A stretch of DNA of 32,000 nucleotides from an uncultured Candidatus Saccharibacteria bacterium. GTDB taxonomy: Bacteria > Patescibacteriota > UBA1384 > XYA2-FULL-43-10 > 1-14-0-10-43-13. Positions 8,790 to 18,500 of this stretch are shown piece by piece (the first letter of the stretch is position 1; each line of letters opens with the position of its first letter). A program made the position numbers and the translations under genes. The notes under the pieces are model-generated. The model had not been told where the DNA came from and made no database searches. It saw nothing but the letters and a program-made list of their open reading frames with translations. Where the stretch lies: assembly GCA_964543385.1 (NCBI GenBank), contig CAZIYE010000001.1:450001-482000 (forward strand). Reading direction: 5' to 3'.

Positions 8790-10241
8790 TTATCTTGCTT
8801 CGACGAATGTCAGAGCTTTACCCTTTTTATCTCCGCGACCAGTTCGGCCAATACGGTGGATATAGTCGTCATATGTCTGAGGAACAGTGTAGTTGATGAC
8901 ATGTGAAATATCTTTGATATCAAGTCCTCTAGCTGCAACGTCAGTCGCAACAAGTATATTGATCGAATTATTTCTAAATTGAGTCAAAGCTTTTAGCCTT
9001 TGGTTTTGCTTCTTATCACCATGTATAGACTCTGCTCGGAAACCTTCTCCGATCAAATTCTGAGTCAATCTCTCCACTTCCATTTTGGTTTCGATAAAGA
9101 TAAGAACTTTTTTTAGCTCATCTTGTTTCAAAATTTCCTGGAGTTGGGTAAATTTAACTGCCCTATCTCGTACTCGAACAATATCCTGCTCAACATTTTG
9201 GGCCGTTTCGCCAGTTTTGATCTCCACAGTGACAGGATTGTTTAGGAATTTAGATACTAAATCTCTAATTTTTATAGGCATTGTCGCTGAAAAGAATAAA
9301 GACTGTCTATTTTCTGGTAAGACATTCAATATCTCTCTGATTTCATCAACGAAACCCATATCTAACATACGATCTACTTCGTCGAGAACAATATTGGTAA
9401 AGGATTCAAATTTTATTAGATTTCGTTCACTCAAATCTTTAAGTCTGCCGGGAGTACCAATAACAAAGTTTGGATTTCTTCGTAAGTTATTAATTTGCTT
9501 GAATATTGGTGATCCACCAACACAAATTGCTGAGAAAAGCTTCATTCCCCATGAGAATTCTCTGAATTCATTCTCTATCTGAATAGCCAATTCTCTAGTT
9601 GGAGCAATGATCAAAACTTTTTCAGATTTATCTTTGAAAACTTTATTAATCAAAGGCAGTAAAAAAGCACCAGTCTTGCCTGTACCTGTATTCGCTAATC
9701 CAACCATGTCTCTGCCTTCCATAATCGGCAAAATAGCCTGATCCTGAATAGGAGTAGGGGTTGTAAACATTTTTTTACGAAGGTTATTCTGTATCTCTTC
9801 ACAAAGTTGAAAATCAGCAAAAGAGTTTTTTATCTCTACTGGCTTATTTTGGACATTCTCAGTAGCGTTCTGAACAAATCGTGAAATATCAATCTTCTCT
9901 CCCCGTCTTTTTCCTGTTGGCCTTGAACTAAATCTTCTTGGCCCACTAGAAAAACTAGAACGAGATCTTTGACCATCTCTACTGCCAAAAGAACTTCTCT
10001 GACCAAAAGGCCTTGAAGAACTCTGGCTATCTCTATTAAATCCCCCTTGAGAGCCGAAAGAGCTACCACCGTCTCTATTGCCAGAAGCATTTCGCGCACC
10101 AAATGTTCTAGTTGCGCCCTGTCCTTCTCTGCTTCCAGAGGAACTACGTGAATTAAATGGTCTGGAGCTACTTTGACCTGTTCTGCTTCCAAAAGTGCTT
10201 CGTGCAGCAAAAGAGGCTCGCCCCGATGTGTTTCCTTGCAT
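8790..10241 (-). CDS. DEAD-box ATP-dependent RNA helicase with an N-terminal Ser/Arg/Gly/Phe-rich low-complexity region
   Basis: 'PTPIQDQAILPIMEGRDMVGLANTGTGKTGAF', 'PTRELAIQI', 'VLDEVDRML', 'SATM', 'HGDKKQNQRLKAL', 'ATDVAARGLDI', 'HRIGRTGRGDKKGKA'. Start at MQGNTSG (10241) or the longer tracked start at 10283. Confidence 0.94.
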   Translation of the reverse strand: MQGNTSGRASFAARSTFGSRTGQSSSRPFNSRSSSGSREGQGATRTFGARNASGNRDGGSSFGSQGGFNRDSQSSSRPFGQRSSFGSRDGQRSRSSFSSGPRRFSSRPTGKRRGEKIDISRFVQNATENVQNKPVEIKNSFADFQLCEEIQNNLRKKMFTTPTPIQDQAILPIMEGRDMVGLANTGTGKTGAFLLPLINKVFKDKSEKVLIIAPTRELAIQIENEFREFSWGMKLFSAICVGGSPIFKQINNLRRNPNFVIGTPGRLKDLSERNLIKFESFTNIVLDEVDRMLDMGFVDEIREILNVLPENRQSLFFSATMPIKIRDLVSKFLNNPVTVEIKTGETAQNVEQDIVRVRDRAVKFTQLQEILKQDELKKVLIFIETKMEVERLTQNLIGEGFRAESIHGDKKQNQRLKALTQFRNNSINILVATDVAARGLDIKDISHVINYTVPQTYDDYIHRIGRTGRGDKKGKALTFVEAR

Positions 10242-10406
10242 AAAAATGCTTTCCAATGCACCAAAAAAATATGTTTGGTACAAATAATTATAAATTTCGA
10301 ATTGCTGTATAGAACTTCGAAATCTTAATTATTTCTTGGAAAATCTATAGAACAAATTCATATTTTTTATACTATAACACGTAAATTTAATTAATGCAAG
10401 TGTTAT

Positions 10407-11507
10407 TTAAATTTTATGGTAAAGATCCTCTAGTTTTTCGATAACAGATGGCCAGCAAAATTTAGGTAAATCTTTCAGAGCATTTTTGGCCAAATTTGCT
10501 GCCAAGGTAGGTTTACTCAGGAGTTCAACAATCGCTTTTGCTAGCAACTCTGGATTCTTCCTCTCAACCAGCAATCCATTCATTTTGTCTCTGACAATAT
10601 CAGTAACTCCGCCAGATTTAGTGACAACAACGGGGATATGATTGTTCATCGCTTCCAATATTGAGATACCAAAAGTTTCAGAAATTGATGACGATACAAA
10701 AACATCCCAATTTGATAAATATTTTGGCAAACCAATCTTGTGCCCAAGCAACGACACATTTTTTTGCAGATTTAGACGCCTTATCTCTGCTAGTATATTA
10801 TCTCTTTCACTTCCTTCTCCAATAATCTCAAGTTTTACTGTGGGATATTTTTTAATAATATAAGGCAATGCTCTAATTAAATATATGTGCCCTTTTTGCG
10901 GATTCAAGTTCCCTATCGTCCCTATGATCAAATCTCTACTTGTATTTTTAATAGCCAGTTTTTCGTTTAGGTCAATGCCATTATTAATCACTGATACCTT
11001 ATCAGCAGGAACCTTGATGCCTGATAGATATTCCTTCACGGAAGAAGAAACAGCAATTATATGATCGCTCCTCCTATACACAAAATTCATCATCTGGGCC
11101 TGGATAAAACCATCTAGTAAGCCAGGCAAACGATAGAATTTAGTATAATTATGCTCAGTAAAAATTATTGCTGCACTTTTGGGGGCTGCTATATTAGAAA
11201 AAAAGCCTGCTCTCGGCCCGTGAGAGTGAATAATCAATTTTGTGAATGGGTTATCCGAGGATTGGATCTTGCACAGCTCTTTTTTTAGATCCAAGATCGT
11301 TTTAAAATCAAATTTGCTTCTAAAAGGTAGATTCGCGACTTTCACCTCTTTAATACCCCTGGCATTTTTAGATAAGAAACCGGCAGGGCAGATAAGATAA
11401 CAATCGAATTTGTTTTTATCGATATTCTGAAGTATGCCCAAAACATGGGTAGAGCCACCGCCTATCTCAGAATCACTAATGATTTGAATTAGTTTTATCT
11501 TTTGCAT
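10407..11507 (-). CDS. Glycosyltransferase family 4 (GT-B, GT1/GT4-like)
   Basis: 'GGGSTHVLGILQNI', 'IIVHSHGPRAGFFS'-type region (IIHSHGPRAGFFSNIAAPK), 'IGTIGNLNPQKGHIYLIRALPYI', 'SSSISETFGISILEAMNNHIPVVVTKSGGVTDIV' with an E-x7-E-like motif. Confidence 0.9.
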   Translation of the reverse strand: MQKIKLIQIISDSEIGGGSTHVLGILQNIDKNKFDCYLICPAGFLSKNARGIKEVKVANLPFRSKFDFKTILDLKKELCKIQSSDNPFTKLIIHSHGPRAGFFSNIAAPKSAAIIFTEHNYTKFYRLPGLLDGFIQAQMMNFVYRRSDHIIAVSSSVKEYLSGIKVPADKVSVINNGIDLNEKLAIKNTSRDLIIGTIGNLNPQKGHIYLIRALPYIIKKYPTVKLEIIGEGSERDNILAEIRRLNLQKNVSLLGHKIGLPKYLSNWDVFVSSSISETFGISILEAMNNHIPVVVTKSGGVTDIVRDKMNGLLVERKNPELLAKAIVELLSKPTLAANLAKNALKDLPKFCWPSVIEKLEDLYHKI

Positions 11508-11524
11508 TATAAATATTGTACCAA

Positions 11525-11554
11525 AAAAAGACTAAATCTCAATCTAGTCTTTTT
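11525..11554. terminator. Intrinsic terminator downstream of gltX
   Basis: AAAAAGACTA-AATCTCAATC-TAGTCTTTTT. Confidence 0.75.
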
Positions 11555-11563
11555 ATTTCTCTA

Positions 11564-12967
11564 CTAAACCAACTTTTTTATTGCGTTTGAGATTCTTTTC
11601 AGAGTCTCTTCTTGCCCCAGCGCCACCATCAATTCAACTGGTGAAGGCGACTTTTCACTGCCAGAGAGAGCAACCCGAACCGGCCAAAAAACATCACCGT
11701 TGGTCATACCGTTTTCAGTAACTGTATATTCGAGAGCTTTTTGAACATTATTTGCACTCCATTCATCCTCAACAGTCAACTTTTCATTTACAATTTGCAA
11801 TGCGATTGTCGTATTCTTCTTATCAGACTTTTTAAATATTAGTATTTCGGCTTTATAATCTGGCTCTGCGCGCAAAACCATAATATACTCTGCCATTTCT
11901 TTTAGTGTCGCATAACCACCTCGAAGCAAAAGTGCTATCTCGCCATCAGTCATATCGTTAACATCAAAATTTTTAAGTTCAGCCTTCAGTCTTTTCGGCT
12001 CAAGTTTCATCAGATAATAAGAATTGATGCTATTTAGTTTCTCGAGATTAAATATTGCAGGCGCCTTATTTACCTCTTCAATCTTGAATTCATTTTTAAG
12101 TTCAGCGAGAGTAAAAAACTCCCGATCATCACCTGGATTCCAGCCCATCAAAACTAAGAAATTAATAACTGCCTCCGGTAAATAACCCAATTTCTTGTAT
12201 TCACTAATGCCTGTTGCCCCATGTCGCTTCGATAATTTTGTTTTATCAGATGCCAATATCATCGATAAATGAGCAAACTCTGGCGCTTGCCAACCGAACA
12301 TCCGATAAAGAGTTAAATGTTTTGGCGTCGAAGACAACCACTCTTCGCCACGAATGACGTGTGTGATTTCCATTTCATGATCATCTACAATAGCCGCTAA
12401 GTGATATGTTGGGAAACCATCAGATTTTATAATTACCTGATCATCAGAAAGCGACAAATCGAATTCAATATTCCCTCTTATCAGATCGTGAACAATTACT
12501 TTGCCACTCTTTGGCATCTTCATTCGAATGACATATTCTCCCTCTTTAACATCCTCAATTTTTATTCCAGCTTCTCGACAATGCCCCTCATAGCCAGTTG
12601 GTCTTTTTTCTGACTCCTGTCGTTTCCGATCCTCATCTAGTCTTTCGCGTGTACAAGTACATATGTAAGCTTTACCTTCTTTTAGAAGTTGCAGGGCATA
12701 AGATTTATATATACCAATTCTTTTTGTCTGGTAAACGATGTCATCAAGATTGTCAGGAACTAAATTCATCCACTTCAAAGCATCGATAATTTTTTCAATC
12801 GATCCTTCAACATAACGACCACGATCAGTATCTTCAATTCTTAAATAAAACTTGCCACCGGTACTTTTGGCTGCCAAATACTCAAAAAGAGCTGTCCTAA
12901 AGTTACCAATGTGTGGCTCTCCTGTCGGACTCGGCGCAAAACGTGTAATGATTTTTTCTTTATTCAT
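11564..12967 (-). CDS. gltX: Glutamyl-tRNA synthetase
   Basis: 'FAPSPTGEPHIGNFRTALFEYLAAK', 'GGKFYLRIEDTDRGR', 'DGFPTYHLAAIVDDHEMEITHVIRGEEWLSSTPKH', 'KLSKRHGATG' (KMSKS-like). Confidence 0.96.
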   Translation of the reverse strand: MNKEKIITRFAPSPTGEPHIGNFRTALFEYLAAKSTGGKFYLRIEDTDRGRYVEGSIEKIIDALKWMNLVPDNLDDIVYQTKRIGIYKSYALQLLKEGKAYICTCTRERLDEDRKRQESEKRPTGYEGHCREAGIKIEDVKEGEYVIRMKMPKSGKVIVHDLIRGNIEFDLSLSDDQVIIKSDGFPTYHLAAIVDDHEMEITHVIRGEEWLSSTPKHLTLYRMFGWQAPEFAHLSMILASDKTKLSKRHGATGISEYKKLGYLPEAVINFLVLMGWNPGDDREFFTLAELKNEFKIEEVNKAPAIFNLEKLNSINSYYLMKLEPKRLKAELKNFDVNDMTDGEIALLLRGGYATLKEMAEYIMVLRAEPDYKAEILIFKKSDKKNTTIALQIVNEKLTVEDEWSANNVQKALEYTVTENGMTNGDVFWPVRVALSGSEKSPSPVELMVALGQEETLKRISNAIKKLV

Positions 12968-13047
12968 AGGATTAAATTAACACAAAATTAATAGTTATTG
13001 AATAGGAGAAAACCAAATTACTCTTTCTACATTCCACATTCTACTTT

Positions 13048-13410
13048 CTATCCTTCCACTGCGCTCTCGATATGTTCGATCTTTGGTCCGCCCATACTTA
13101 TATCGACGCCGATAACGTCAATTCTTATTGTCCGATCTGGATATTTCTGAGAGATAGCCCGAGCTAACAAACGAAGCTTGTTCTGCTTGGCAAATCTAAC
13201 CAAGTCTTGCGCCAATCCGAAGCCACTGCCCCTTACAGTTTTAACCTCGGCTATTACAATAGTTCTTTTGTATTCTGCCAATATGTCAATCTCACCAAAA
13301 GAAAAATTAATATTACGGTCTATAATTTTATAGCCTTTATATTCAAGGTATTCAACGGCTAAATCCTCACCGAAGTTACCAACATTTCGGTTTTCTTGTT
13401 TATTAGACAT
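13048..13410 (-). CDS. YraN/UPF0102 family endonuclease-like protein
   Basis: 'GEDLAVEYLEYKGYKIIDRNINFSFGEIDILAEYKRTIVIAEVKTV'; conserved GEID...EVK catalytic-fold signature. Confidence 0.9.
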   Translation of the reverse strand: MSNKQENRNVGNFGEDLAVEYLEYKGYKIIDRNINFSFGEIDILAEYKRTIVIAEVKTVRGSGFGLAQDLVRFAKQNKLRLLARAISQKYPDRTIRIDVIGVDISMGGPKIEHIESAVEG

Positions 13411-13428
13411 TAAGTGATATTATAACAG

Positions 13429-13455
13429 AAAAATGCCCCGATTGGGGGCATTTTT
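13429..13455. terminator. Intrinsic terminator downstream of rplS
   Basis: AAAAATGCCCC-GATTG-GGGGCATTTTT. Confidence 0.88.
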
Positions 13456-13486
13456 CATCAGAGCCATATATATAACTTGGTAGTTA

Positions 13487-14008
13487 TTATTTTGTTTCTT
13501 CTTCCTTTTTGTCTTCAACGATTCTGTCTCCAGCAAGTGCTTCTGCTTTTGCAGATAGTTCTGCTTCTTCGGCAGCTTTCTTAGCTGCGTCTGCTTCAGC
13601 CGCAGCAGCTGTTTCGGCTGCAATTTTCTCGAGCTCTTCTTCAGCGCCCTTCTCTTCCCAAACTTTATGATCACGATTTAAGTCTTTGAGTCTAGCATTT
13701 TTGCCGGAAAGATTTCTCATATAATAAAGCTTACTTCGTCTAACTTTAGATTGTTTTACTCTTTCGACTTTGACAACTCTAGGGCTATGTAATGGAAATA
13801 CTCTCTCAACACCGACGCCAAAGGATTCTTTGCGTACGGTAAAGGTACCGTCTAGACCAGCGCCGTGCTTAACAGCGATGACTAATCCTTCGAAGATCTG
13901 AACTCTTTCTTTAGCCCCTTCTTTGACCTTAAGATGAACTTTGACAGTGTCGCCGCTCTTAAGCTCAGGAGCATTTTTCTTCAAATATTTTTGTAAAACT
14001 TTTTCCAT
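13487..14008 (-). CDS. rplS: 50S ribosomal protein L19 (bL19) with an Ala/Glu/Lys-rich C-terminal extension
   Basis: 'PELKSGDTVKVHLKVKEGAKERVQIFEGLVIAVKHGAGLDGTFTVRKESFGVGVERVFPLHSPRV...VRRSKLYYMRNLSGKNAR'; extra tail of roughly 60 aa. Confidence 0.95.
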   Translation of the reverse strand: MEKVLQKYLKKNAPELKSGDTVKVHLKVKEGAKERVQIFEGLVIAVKHGAGLDGTFTVRKESFGVGVERVFPLHSPRVVKVERVKQSKVRRSKLYYMRNLSGKNARLKDLNRDHKVWEEKGAEEELEKIAAETAAAAEADAAKKAAEEAELSAKAEALAGDRIVEDKKEEETK

Positions 14009-14301
14009 TATTTACCTACCTTTGCGATTTCATCGACGTGAACAAATGTTCTTTTATCTTTATTGCCAGTAAAAGCAACTACCTTTTTCTCTTGGAAACG
14101 TACTGTTCCATCGATCTGAGAATAAAGAGTATAGTCATCACCCATCCCAACATTTTTGCCAGGATGAAACTTTGTACCGTGCTGACGAATGATAATTCCA
14201 CCGGCGGTGATTACTTGACCACCAAAAACTTTGACGCCCAATCTTTTACTTTGCGAATCTCTTCCTAGCCTGGTACTACCTGCGGCCTTCTTATGTGCCA
14301 T
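14008..14301 (-). CDS. rpmA: 50S ribosomal protein L27 (bL27)
   Basis: '[59 protein letters not shown]'. Confidence 0.97.
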   Translation of the reverse strand: MAHKKAAGSTRLGRDSQSKRLGVKVFGGQVITAGGIIIRQHGTKFHPGKNVGMGDDYTLYSQIDGTVRFQEKKVVAFTGNKDKRTFVHVDEIAKVGK

Positions 14302-14341
14302 TGTAACTCCCTATTAATTAAACAAAACCCTACATTTTTCT

Positions 14342-15553
14342 TTATAGGGTTAGCAGCAAGATTTCTCTCTTGACTACTTGATAGTCTCTGCCATAAATTA
14401 GCGGCGACTGTTGCTCAGTATACCCAATTTTTTTGATTTCGTCAACACAATCACGATAAAGACTAAATCTCTTACCCTCTGTCGTTTCAACAAGTGGAAA
14501 TACAACGCAGAATACTGGTTTATAGGGCTTGAGGTCGGCCATATTGGCAAAAAATGAGATATAGAGATCTTTTACTTTGGCATATTCTCCTCTTGCCGCA
14601 CTTAGAGTGGGCATGAATTTTTTTGGTTCACCTAAATATGGCTCTGTCACAACTGCAAGATTAGCAGCAGATAAGGAACTGATAGCAGATAGGTATTGCC
14701 CAAAGTCAAACTTTGTCGCATCAGCCTGAATAATATTTAGTTTCTCTTCTCCTCTTTCCCCTCTCCTTTCCAAAAGCCAACTAGTATTATCCTGACTATC
14801 TCCTACTGCTTTTTCTGAAACATCAGCGCCAAAAGTATTATAACCAAGCATCAAAGATTCCATTAAAATATTTCCTGATCCACAAAAAGGATCAATGACA
14901 AGTATTTCATGCCGTGAATTTTTTTCAAGGGCGAGATTTATCATTATTCTTGCTAATTTAGGTGGTAGCATACCAGAATATTTGTCGCCAGCAGGCTTCT
15001 CATAATCACGCACGCTCCATTCGACGGGATTAGTCGTCGCTACAAGAACTCCGATTGACTCATTAAATAGGCCAAATTCAAAACCTTCTTCAACTAGCTT
15101 GCTCTTTAAAGACAAAATTGTTGAAACCTCTTTGCCTTCTCTGTTTTCCACAAAACGAGAAGAGATTTTGCCCTTAAAATTCTTCTTCATTTCGAGTCCA
15201 AGGCTATTTAGGCGTCTTTGATCAAATTTAATAGAATATGAAGACAATGCAAAATTGAATTTGCCATCTTTTTTTAAATTAGTTTGAATATATGTTTCTA
15301 AAACTGACTTAAATTTTTCATCCATCGGAGCGATGATCTTAAAAATTTTTATTGTTCCGCCTAGAACTGCCAAAAGATCCACCATATTTATTGGCGCCTT
15401 AGTAATATTGATGAAAGCAACATTGTCGGCTACACTAAAGTCACCAAAACAAAAACCAAATCTTAAAAATACCGCTTTCAGTTCGGCCAAACAAAGTTCT
15501 CTCTCTCGTCCGAGGACAAAAGCATATGTGTTTATTGTTGACAAATTATCCAT
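14342..15553 (-). CDS. TRM11-like / THUMP-type RNA (guanine-N2)-methyltransferase family protein
   Basis: 'YAFVLGRERELCLAELKAVF' N-term; 'MLPPKLARIMINLAL...ILVIDPFCGSGNILMESLMLGYNTFGADVSEKAVGDSQDN'; 'VTEPYLGEP'. Start chosen at MDNLSTINT (15553); tracked ORF extends to 15652 and would overlap dnaE. Confidence 0.82.
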   Translation of the reverse strand: MDNLSTINTYAFVLGRERELCLAELKAVFLRFGFCFGDFSVADNVAFINITKAPINMVDLLAVLGGTIKIFKIIAPMDEKFKSVLETYIQTNLKKDGKFNFALSSYSIKFDQRRLNSLGLEMKKNFKGKISSRFVENREGKEVSTILSLKSKLVEEGFEFGLFNESIGVLVATTNPVEWSVRDYEKPAGDKYSGMLPPKLARIMINLALEKNSRHEILVIDPFCGSGNILMESLMLGYNTFGADVSEKAVGDSQDNTSWLLERRGERGEEKLNIIQADATKFDFGQYLSAISSLSAANLAVVTEPYLGEPKKFMPTLSAARGEYAKVKDLYISFFANMADLKPYKPVFCVVFPLVETTEGKRFSLYRDCVDEIKKIGYTEQQSPLIYGRDYQVVKREILLLTL

Positions 15554-15594
15554 ATTATTTTTAAGTATAACATATATTAGGCTACAAATCAAAA

Positions 15595-18500
15595 ATGACT
15601 GAAAAAGAATTTCCACAATTTGTTCATCTCCATGTTCATAGCCACTATTCAATGTTGGATGGTATGGGCAAAATTTCTGATTTAGTTAAAAAAGCAAAAC
15701 AAGATGGTCAGCCTGCCTTGGCTCTCACTGATCATGGAGTGATGCATGGGGTAATTGAATTATATGAAGAATGTATCAAAGAAGGAATTAAACCAATAAT
15801 TGGAGTAGAGGCCTATGTTGCTCCCCGAACCCTGCACGACAAGCAACCCAGAATAGACTCTAGCTCCTACCATTTGATTCTGTTGGCCAAAAATGATGTT
15901 GGATATAAGAACCTTTTAAAACTCACTACGATAGCCCATCTGGAGGGTTATTACTACAAACCAAGAGTAGACAAGGAGACATTAAGAAAATATTCTGATG
16001 GATTAATAGCCTGTACCGCCTGTGTTCAAGGAGAAGTTCCACGAAAATCACTCGAAAGCATTGATCTAGGACGCGATACCGTCAAGGAATATATAGATAT
16101 ATTTGGCAAAGATAATTTATATCTAGAAGTTCAAAAACACAGCAAAGTAGAACAACAAGAAGCCGCAAATGAATTAATCTTCCAATTATCAAAGGAATTT
16201 GACCTAAAAGTAATTGCTACCAATGATCCTCATTATGTTAATTCTGATGACGACATTGCCCAAGACGCACTACTTTGCCTCCAGACAGGGCGAGTGGTAA
16301 GCGACGAAAAGAGGATGTCTATGGCTGGGGATGATTATTCCCTCCTGACCAGAGAACAGATGGCAAAAAACTTTCCCGATCGCCCTGAAGTTATGACAAA
16401 CACTCTAGAAATAGTTGAGAAGTGCAATTTGAAGCTTGATCTGGGCGGAATTATTATCCCTGACTTTCCTGTACCAGAAGGCCACACCTTGGAAAGCTAT
16501 TTTATGGAAAAAAGTTATCTCGGTTTAAACTGGAGATACGGCTCAGAAAGGATAACCAAAGCCGATCTTCCGAAAGACCGCGAACCAACACCAGAAGAAT
16601 TAAAGATCACTCCAGAAATTTGGGAACGTTATAAATATGAGTACAGCGTTATAGATCACATGGGATATCAAGGGTATCTGTTGATTGTCGCTGATTATGT
16701 TCAATGGGCCAAAGATCAGGGCATCGCTGTCGGCCCTGGCCGTGGCTCTGGCGCCGGATCTATCATTTGCTATTCATTCAATATTACCAATTTGAACCCC
16801 TTAGACTACGGATTGCTTTTCGAGCGCTTCTTAAATCCTGATAGAATTTCAATGCCTGATATAGATATGGACTTTGCCGACTCCCGTCGAAGTGAAGTTA
16901 TCGAATATGTGAGCCATAAATATGGAAAAGACCATGTTGCTCAGATTATTACTTTCGGAACCATGGCAGCCCGCATGGCAGTACGCGATGTTGGAAGAGT
17001 TCTCTCCATGACCTATTCAGAAGTCGACACTATCGCAAAATTGATTCCTGCTGGTATGGATTTAAAAGAAGCCCTAGAATCTATCTCTGAGCTACGAAGT
17101 CTTTACAATAGCGATGCCAAAGTTAAGCAATGTATTGATATAGCAAAAAGGTTAGAGGGTGTCGTCCGCCATGCATCCATGCATGCCGCTGGAGTAGTGA
17201 TCTCTAAAGAGCCATTAACGGAATATTGCCCATTGCAAGAAGCTCAAAAAGGTGACATATCTACCGTCACTCAGTACTCAATGGGACCGATTGAACACTT
17301 AGGTCTCTTAAAGATGGACTTTTTAGGTTTATCAAACTTATCAATCATTCAAGATGCACTTAAAATTATAAAGAAAACTAGAGATACCGTAATAGATATT
17401 GATAATTTGGTTCTTGACGACAAGGATACATATAGACTGCTATCGCACGGCGAAACAATCGGAGTGTTTCAGCTGGAAAGTGACGGCATGAAACGATACC
17501 TAAAGGAACTAAAACCTTCAGTATTTGAAGACATAATCGCGATGGTTGCCCTTTACCGTCCAGGACCAATGCAATGGATTGATAGCTTCATCGCCAGAAA
17601 ACATGGTCGGGAACCAATTGTTTATTTTCATGAAAAGTCTAAGGCGTCTCTGGAAAATACTTATGGCATTATTGTCTACCAGGAACAGGTTATGCAAATG
17701 GCGAAAGACATGGCAAACTTTACCGGCGGTCAAGCAGATACCCTAAGAAAAGCGATGGGTAAGAAAATCAAAGAACTTATGGAAAAAATCGGCAAAGAAT
17801 TTATCGAAGGCTGTACCAAAAATAATGTAGAAAAAGAAATAGCCGAAAATCTTTATCAGGCGATGCAAGACTTCGCCCAGTATGCCTTCAATAAGTCTCA
17901 CGCTGCTTGCTATGCCCTGATTGCCTACCAGACAGCTTATCTAAAGGCTCATTATCCTTCTGAGTTCATGGCCGCATTGATGACCTCTAATAAAGATGAT
18001 CTCGACAAACTAGCAATCGAGATTGATGAATGTAAACGCATGAATATAGAGGTTTTACCTCCATCAGTAAATGAATCATTTGTAGATTTCGGTGTGGTCA
18101 AAGAAACAGGCAACGTCCGCTTCGGTTTATCAGCCATAAAAAATGTTGGCACAGCAGTTGCCGAGGAAATTATTGAGGAAAGAAAGAATAATGGTAAATT
18201 CAATAATTTCACTGATTTTTTAACAAGATTAAGCGGTAAAGTAGCAAACAAAAAGTCACTTGAAGCCCTTGCAATGGCCGGAGCTTTTTCAGAAATGGCC
18301 GAAAGAAATGAGATTCTTTTTAACATGGAAAAAATACTGGCCTTTTCTACTAATTTGCAGAAAATAAAGAATGATTCACAAGATTCCTTATTCGGCGATA
18401 ATAGTGAGATTGAGGCTGCAAGATTGGATCTAGAAAAAGCCAAACCAGCTGATAAAAAGCAGATTCTATCATGGGAAAGAGAACTATTGGGGATGTATAT

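Noticed and set aside
9085-9582. 165-aa plus-strand ORF antisense to the helicase
   Set aside because: Antisense to conserved DEAD-box motifs; no recognisable domain or plausible RBS.
9836-10264. 142-aa minus-strand ORF inside the helicase N-terminal region
   Set aside because: Alternate frame of low-complexity Ser/Arg/Gly coding DNA, entirely inside a well supported gene.
8790-10283. Imperfect repeats in the helicase 5' coding region as a possible CRISPR or DNA repeat element
   Set aside because: They are in-frame codon-level repeats encoding a low-complexity protein segment, not regularly spaced DNA repeats with spacers.
13420-13674. 84-aa minus-strand ORF overlapping the 3' part of rplS
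   Set aside because: Out-of-frame reading of the Ala/Glu/Lys-rich rplS tail plus the terminator; composition is a frame artefact.
14325-14365. AACCCTA...TAGGGTT hairpin as a terminator for the methyltransferase gene
   Set aside because: 7-bp stem with a long loop that overlaps the stop-codon region of the gene; not reported as a feature because the terminator signal is weak.
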